Below, piece after piece: positions 40,346 through 44,548 of a stretch of DNA of 44,548 nt (its first letter is position 1; every line of letters begins with the position of its first letter). Under the pieces are notes generated by a model that saw only the letters and a program-made list of their open reading frames with translations, was not told the origin of the DNA and ran no database searches. Position numbers and translations under genes: made by a program. The DNA is from Candidatus Woesearchaeota archaeon (GTDB taxonomy: Archaea; Nanobdellota; Nanobdellia; UBA10117; JABICX01): the NCBI GenBank assembly GCA_964528765.1, contig CAZGVA010000001.1:1-44548 (forward strand), in the 5' to 3' direction.

Positions 40346-41152
40346 TCACCTTACTACCCAATCACATATGTTAGACTGACAATCTGACTCAAGGGTAAAG
40401 GATTCACAATTTGTATCTAATGCTCGCACACAAAATCCTTGAACACAGGAACACCATTGAAAAGCGCCCCAACTTGAGCATTGCTCATTTATACATTCAT
40501 AAATACACCCAGATTTTCTTTCGCAGGAATTTTCATTTGGTCTAAGAGGGCATAAATCAATACATTGTCCTTGTGATCCTAATGAACAATGACTTGGTTC
40601 ACCTTCGCAATTCCACCCTGATTCAATCGTACATACTCTCGAACAACCATCGTGCCGGTTTGTATTACCATCATCACACATTTCACCTACGTCAATGAAA
40701 TGATTACCACAATTAGCCTCGCAAATATAATTATAACAATATTCATCTGAAGCACAATTAGAATCTTCGCAACATTCTCCATGTTCAAGTACATGATTAC
40801 AACAAACTTTTGTATTATCTATTGAAGTTCCTGCTTCATCAATACATCCTCTATCAAATTCAATTGGGTCTGGGTAACAACATTGTTCTTCATCACACCC
40901 ACAATCTTCTATGCAGTTTTGGCAGTTTTCTTCTTTATCTATTTCACACTCACCATTTCCACAGTAAAGAAGTAACTTAGTATCTTCTATTGCATCGCCA
41001 GGGTCTGCTGTATCAATTAACTTATTTGTATCATCTTTTGTTGCATCAAAACCTTTACTAAAATACATAATAAGAGTAATAAATATAATAATTATAAGCA
41101 CACTAACTACAATAAGCTTAATTGCAGTAATATCTCCTTTCTTAGACAACAT
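40346..41152 (-). CDS. prepilin-like, extremely Cys-rich secreted protein, 268 aa (34 Cys), with a Myxococcus-type cysteine-rich repeat
   Basis: MLSKKG-DITAIKLIVVSVLIIIIFITLIMYF. CGNGECEIDKEENCQNCIEDCGCDEEQCC module (40718..40963). CGNHFIDVGEMCDDGNTNRHDGCSRVCTIESGWNCEGEPSHC (40586..40711) matches the CGNG..e.GE.CDDGN....DGCs..C pattern. Confidence 0.7.
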   Translation of the reverse strand: MLSKKGDITAIKLIVVSVLIIIIFITLIMYFSKGFDATKDDTNKLIDTADPGDAIEDTKLLLYCGNGECEIDKEENCQNCIEDCGCDEEQCCYPDPIEFDRGCIDEAGTSIDNTKVCCNHVLEHGECCEDSNCASDEYCYNYICEANCGNHFIDVGEMCDDGNTNRHDGCSRVCTIESGWNCEGEPSHCSLGSQGQCIDLCPLRPNENSCERKSGCIYECINEQCSSWGAFQWCSCVQGFCVRALDTNCESFTLESDCQSNICDWVVR

Positions 41153-41169
41153 AATTAACTAAGCAAGTT

Positions 41170-41186
41170 TTTGTAATAAACTTTTC
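41170..41186 (-). promoter_or_regulatory. BRE/TATA-like element GAAAAGTTTATTACAAA (copy D)
   Basis: 17 nt upstream of ATG 41152 and 3 nt after the preceding stop. Confidence 0.4.
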
Positions 41187-41189
41187 GGC

Positions 41190-41954
41190 TTATTTTTTAG
41201 AACAATCAATTGCAACGTCATCAAAAAATACTTCAGTTCCTTCCAAATAATTGGCATTTTCTTCTTCAGGATAAGCTGAAGTTAAAATAACACAATTTAA
41301 ATCATTAGAATCTTGCGGAACATCAAATTCCCATTGAACTTTATGCCATAAATCATCTGCAGGAATTGTTGCCATAAAATATTTATATGAATTAAATGTA
41401 CAAACAGACTTTTTAATATCATCATTAAATTCTTCGCAATTGGACTCGTCATCATTTAGATCAACTGTCCAATCATTAGATCCAATACGTGCATAATTTA
41501 TACTTGAAAAGGTATTTGATTTTATATTAGCCGACAACATACATCGTTTATACTCACGGATTTCTGCTGACCATAAATCACTTGAACAAAGAGTAATTTC
41601 GCCAAAATTAGCGTCCCCGGAGTTAGTTTCTGAGTAAATTTGTGCAGAAAAATCCCCTTTTACAAAATCAGTAGATATTCGCTCTGAACCTTCTGCAAAT
41701 ACCCAAAGTGCATCTCGTTCAAATGAAGGGTTTCTTAATAAATTACCTGATAAATATGAGGGTCTGTCTCTTAACGCAAGTATATCGTCACCAATATCCG
41801 AATCAACCGTATTAACTGTTTTCTCTGTATTCATCTTAATTTCAGTACTATAATCTTCCCATGCCATAAAAATTATTATCATAAAAATTAAAACAATCAT
41901 AGCCAATACAATTAGCTTAATTGACCAACTCATTTCCCCTTTATTAGACATCAT
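41190..41954 (-). CDS. prepilin-like protein with a CBM4_9-like / galactose-binding-like jelly-roll domain, 254 aa
   Basis: MMSNKG-EMSWSIKLIVLAMIVLIFMIIIFMAW. NLLRNPSFERDALWVF...GDFSAQIY ... LWHKVQWEFDV ... VFFDDVAIDC fits the N.gFE...W ... W ... yvDDv.l layout of CBM_4_9. Confidence 0.55.
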   Translation of the reverse strand: MMSNKGEMSWSIKLIVLAMIVLIFMIIIFMAWEDYSTEIKMNTEKTVNTVDSDIGDDILALRDRPSYLSGNLLRNPSFERDALWVFAEGSERISTDFVKGDFSAQIYSETNSGDANFGEITLCSSDLWSAEIREYKRCMLSANIKSNTFSSINYARIGSNDWTVDLNDDESNCEEFNDDIKKSVCTFNSYKYFMATIPADDLWHKVQWEFDVPQDSNDLNCVILTSAYPEEENANYLEGTEVFFDDVAIDCSKK

Positions 41955-41977
41955 AGTTATATAATAAAAAACATAAC

Positions 41978-41994
41978 TTTGTAATAAACTTTTC
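41978..41994 (-). promoter_or_regulatory. BRE/TATA-like element GAAAAGTTTATTACAAA (copy E, identical to D)
   Basis: 23 nt upstream of ATG 41954 and 5 nt after the preceding stop. Confidence 0.4.
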
Positions 41995-41999
41995 TACAT

Positions 42000-43496
42000 T
42001 TATTCAAGGTACGCCCATTTACCTAAATTACATACCCAAGAAGGGTACGTCGTTCCAGATGTTACACAATAACCATTAACCATAACACAATTATTATCTG
42101 GAATATCGATGCAAGAGTTTCCATCACTACATTTTCCCTCAATATAACATTCAACATTTGTTGAGTAACTACTTTTAGTAAAAGATAAGTAATCTTTATA
42201 TTCGGCATTCATATGACGATAAGTCCATTTATAACTTATTACGCCACCTGTATTAACTTCTTCAATATTACTAATAACGTTACTATCGCAATGTGTTGTT
42301 GAATCAGATACTGCTTTTGACCATTTTCCTGCATAGCAAAACCAATCAACATTTCCGCCTTGCTCAATACAATAACCATTAACCGTAACACAATTATTAT
42401 TTGGAATATCGATGCAAGAGTTTCCATCACTACATTTTCCAGGTTCATCTAAACATCTAATGTCATATAAATCTAAAACTGACTCGGCATAAATTAAAGA
42501 ATCTTCGCAATATTCTGCTTCGGGACTTCTTGCATACTCACAAAAGCCAATACAACACGTATTATCTACGCAAGTACTTCCAATACATACGCAATCAGAC
42601 GCATACATACATTGTTCATCTGTATAACACAGTTCACCTGAAGATTTAGATCCATCAACACATTCATGTGTAACTGTACATATTTCTCCAGTTCCACACT
42701 CCGAATCTACATCGCAATCTCCAATATTGCACCCATCTGAGGTACACATGCCCGAAGGACACTGCACAGCAGTACTTCCATAACAATATTTATCATCATT
42801 TGCATTCAAAACATAACCATCAAAATCAGATACGCAAAGAATAACATCTTCATTATAATCATCTTTCGCATAATTCAAATTAATTTTTAAATTATTTGTA
42901 TTTATACAATCGTCACATGAATTGCTTGGGTCAAAAATATCTGATGTTGTAAAAGTTATTCCTAAAGGATATACCCAATCTAAAGTATATCCGTAATTAG
43001 CTAATTCACAAGCATTACGTTCTCTACAAGTATTTGCATCGCAGATATTTGTTTCAGGATCTCCGCAATCAGAATCTACGCAACAATCTCCTGATTTCAT
43101 TTCTAAACTACAACAAATTTCAGTTTCATCTTGCGACGAAGCTTTATCATCAAAACATCCACGCTCGAACTCTGCCTCCGCAGGTGAACAGCATTGTGTT
43201 TCATCACATCCACAATCTTCTGGACAATTATAGCAATTTTCTTCTTTATCAACTTCACAATTAACATTACCGCAATGGGACATAAACAAAGTATCGCGAA
43301 GAAAATCACCGTGCTCTGAAACTATATCGATTGCAGAAGAATCACTTGTTTTTTCAGAAAAATCTTTTGTTGATTCATCTAACGGAGTAAGATAATCATC
43401 AAAAACTCCGAAAACAAATAGCAGAACAAGAATTGCCAATACAGAACCCAATATTAGTAATAGAATCATATTGGATATTGCTTTTTTGGACTGCAT
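42000..43496 (-). CDS. prepilin-like, Cys-rich secreted protein, 498 aa (50 Cys)
   Basis: MQSKKA-ISNMILLLILGSVLAILVLLFVF. CGNVNCEVDKEENCYNCPEDCGCDETQCC module (43026..43274) paralogous to the 268-aa protein. Duplicated GKCSDGNSCIDIP(N/D)NNCV(T/M)VNGYC unit. Confidence 0.7.
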   Translation of the reverse strand: MQSKKAISNMILLLILGSVLAILVLLFVFGVFDDYLTPLDESTKDFSEKTSDSSAIDIVSEHGDFLRDTLFMSHCGNVNCEVDKEENCYNCPEDCGCDETQCCSPAEAEFERGCFDDKASSQDETEICCSLEMKSGDCCVDSDCGDPETNICDANTCRERNACELANYGYTLDWVYPLGITFTTSDIFDPSNSCDDCINTNNLKINLNYAKDDYNEDVILCVSDFDGYVLNANDDKYCYGSTAVQCPSGMCTSDGCNIGDCDVDSECGTGEICTVTHECVDGSKSSGELCYTDEQCMYASDCVCIGSTCVDNTCCIGFCEYARSPEAEYCEDSLIYAESVLDLYDIRCLDEPGKCSDGNSCIDIPNNNCVTVNGYCIEQGGNVDWFCYAGKWSKAVSDSTTHCDSNVISNIEEVNTGGVISYKWTYRHMNAEYKDYLSFTKSSYSTNVECYIEGKCSDGNSCIDIPDNNCVMVNGYCVTSGTTYPSWVCNLGKWAYLE

Positions 43497-43505
43497 AATT
43501 AATAC

Positions 43506-43685
43506 CTACAGAGTAGATGTATCTGTTCCAATGCGCATTAAATTATCAAATGCATCTCGGACACCTGCACCATATTCTGTGAACATAATTAATAAAAAGA
43601 TTGCAACAACAATGATAATAACAATACCAATAATTATCCAATACCACTCAACTCCGCCTTTTTTATTAAATTTTGGTAATTCCAT
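43506..43685 (-). CDS. unlisted small prepilin-like ORF, 59 aa
   Basis: Verified translation: MELPKFNKKG-GVEWYWIIIGIVIIIVVAIFLLIMFTEYGAGVRDAFDNLMRIGTDTSTL*. 1 nt after the stop of the 106-aa gene and 9 nt before the 498-aa gene. Confidence 0.55.
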   Translation of the reverse strand: MELPKFNKKGGVEWYWIIIGIVIIIVVAIFLLIMFTEYGAGVRDAFDNLMRIGTDTSTL

Positions 43686-43686
43686 A

Positions 43687-44007
43687 TTAATTTACGCTTG
43701 GACAGCCAGTACACATTATATCACACGTAACAATATTTGCACAATCATTAGAATCAGTACAAAAATCAGATGCGCATTCATCAAACTCAACTAAATCGTT
43801 TTTATCATCTTCTGCACTTGAACACAGACGATTACATTTTAATTCAGATATTTCTGAGCCACCTACTCCGCTTGCATCTTTAATATTATCGACATCTTTT
43901 GTTGTGTCTGAAAAAGCAGGTAAGAACCAAATAATAATTGCAATCAAAACAACTGCGACAATTACAAGTGTAACAATTGTTGTAAACGCGATTTCTCCTT
44001 TTTTCAT
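43687..44007 (-). CDS. small Cys-rich prepilin-like protein, 106 aa (candidate major subunit)
   Basis: MKKG-EIAFTTIVTLVIVAVVLIAIIIWFLPAF, then KCNRLCSS...DFCTDSNDC...CDIMCTGC (8 Cys). Own TTATATATAT box at about -31 to -22. Confidence 0.65.
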   Translation of the reverse strand: MKKGEIAFTTIVTLVIVAVVLIAIIIWFLPAFSDTTKDVDNIKDASGVGGSEISELKCNRLCSSAEDDKNDLVEFDECASDFCTDSNDCANIVTCDIMCTGCPSVN

Positions 44008-44065
44008 ATTAATATAATTTGTCTGATATATATAATGGTTATGTAATTATTTTAAAATAAAATTT

Positions 44066-44079
44066 AAAAATAGAAAAAA
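44066..44079 (-). terminator. oligo-T tract (T6-C-T-A-T5 on the coding strand)
   Basis: About 32 nt downstream of the stop at 44111-44113 and ahead of the promoter of the 106-aa gene. Confidence 0.4.
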
Positions 44080-44110
44080 TTCCTGTTTTGGATTTCTTGG
44101 TTCTCAATTA

Positions 44111-44548
44111 TTAACAACTAGTTACACCAGCACAACTAACTTCTTGCACACTATCAAAACAATCCGTATCTGTGCAATAATCACTCGTAGCCCATGCTGT
44201 ACTCGCTAATGCAGTTGCAGTAACACAGAACGCATCACATTTTGCTTCAATAGCTTCTTGTGCAACGTCGGCTGAATAGTCACCATCATCACATGCATCG
44301 CCACCACTGTCTGCTACACCTACGCAAGCAACTTTGTATGTTCCTGAGTCGTAACAATCCTTATCCGTACAATAATTACTACCTGTTGCATCTATTTTTG
44401 CCTGAGCAGTATCACAATAATCGTCACACTTAATTACAGTTATTGCATCAGCAGTACCTGTATTATCACCAACATCTGTTAGACCTGAGCCTGCTTCTTG
44501 AAATGATGGCAAGAACCAAATTATAATTCCAATTAATACTACTGCAGT
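44111..44548 (-). CDS. Cys-rich prepilin-like protein, partial (N-terminus beyond window end), paralogue of the 106-aa protein
   Basis: The frame stays open from the track start (a TTG at 44512) to 44548: TAVVLIGIIIWFLPSFQEAGSG.... This shares IIIWFLP(S/A)F with the 106-aa protein. Two copies of a KCx3C...YCTDxDC unit, 12 Cys. Confidence 0.65.
   Translation of the reverse strand, partial: TAVVLIGIIIWFLPSFQEAGSGLTDVGDNTGTADAITVIKCDDYCDTAQAKIDATGSNYCTDKDCYDSGTYKVACVGVADSGGDACDDGDYSADVAQEAIEAKCDAFCVTATALASTAWATSDYCTDTDCFDSVQEVSCAGVTSC

Noticed and set aside
37640-41994. The repeated 17-18-mers as a CRISPR array or MITE-like repeats.
   Set aside because: There are only five copies in two sequence variants, with irregular spacing (145 bp to >2.5 kb). 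All sit at a fixed distance upstream of start codons, and they are AT-rich with a TATA core. This is promoter-like behaviour, not a repeat-spacer array.
32260-43794. Other overlapping short ORFs: 32260..32475(+), 33298..33603(-), 34400..34591(-), 39525..39716(+), 42239..42448(-), 43034..43264(+), 43103..43309(-) and 43471..43794(+).
   Set aside because: Each lies inside, or antisense to, a longer gene with recognisable protein features. Their composition is typical of AT-rich off-frame translation.
35104-44548. Annotating the region as a complete type IV pilus or archaellum locus.
   Set aside because: No ATPase (FlaI/PilB), platform protein (FlaJ/PilC), prepilin peptidase or archaellin-specific accessory gene is present in the window. 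Only putative substrates are seen.

Overview
AT-rich archaeal DNA. The archaeal assignment rests on an L10e-type uL16, an Rpo11/RpoL-like subunit, diphthamide synthase Dph2, TATA/BRE-like boxes about 28 nt upstream of start codons, and class III (type IV pilin-like) signal peptides. A small-genome DPANN-type archaeon is my guess, but that is inference. I recognised no rRNA, tRNA, CRISPR array, transposase or integrase. Roughly four fifths of the window encodes secreted or surface proteins.

Main points:

(1) Positions 1-21162 (minus strand) form one open reading frame of at least 7,054 codons. It is missing from the supplied ORF track because it has no stop codon inside the window. It encodes a modular giant surface protein: signal anchor, acidic linker, four NosD/PbH1-type beta-helix modules, four LamG-type lectin domains, and long irregular beta-solenoid stretches. 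About 790 codons in, it carries a complete intein-like Hint domain that lacks the +1 nucleophile. Its start codon overlaps the stop of an 87-aa winged-helix regulator gene.

(2) Regions 35.1-37.8 kb and 39.2-44.5 kb hold at least 14 minus-strand genes whose products begin with a short, mostly basic leader (usually KKG/KG) followed by one hydrophobic helix, i.e. they look like prepilins. Several are extremely cysteine-rich and one carries a CBM-like jelly roll. Four are tiny ORFs (35-59 aa) below the track threshold. Five transcription units share a conserved promoter-like 17-18-mer. No pilus ATPase, platform protein or prepilin peptidase is in the window.

(3) dph2 is split into two co-linear genes separated by a 1.46-kb two-gene insert.

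(4) A DUF4013-type membrane protein gene is broken by a -1 frame change at an A8 run.

(5) A PEP-utilising-enzyme homologue has Pro in place of the phospho-histidine.

All domain names come from motif recognition by eye; no database search was possible.
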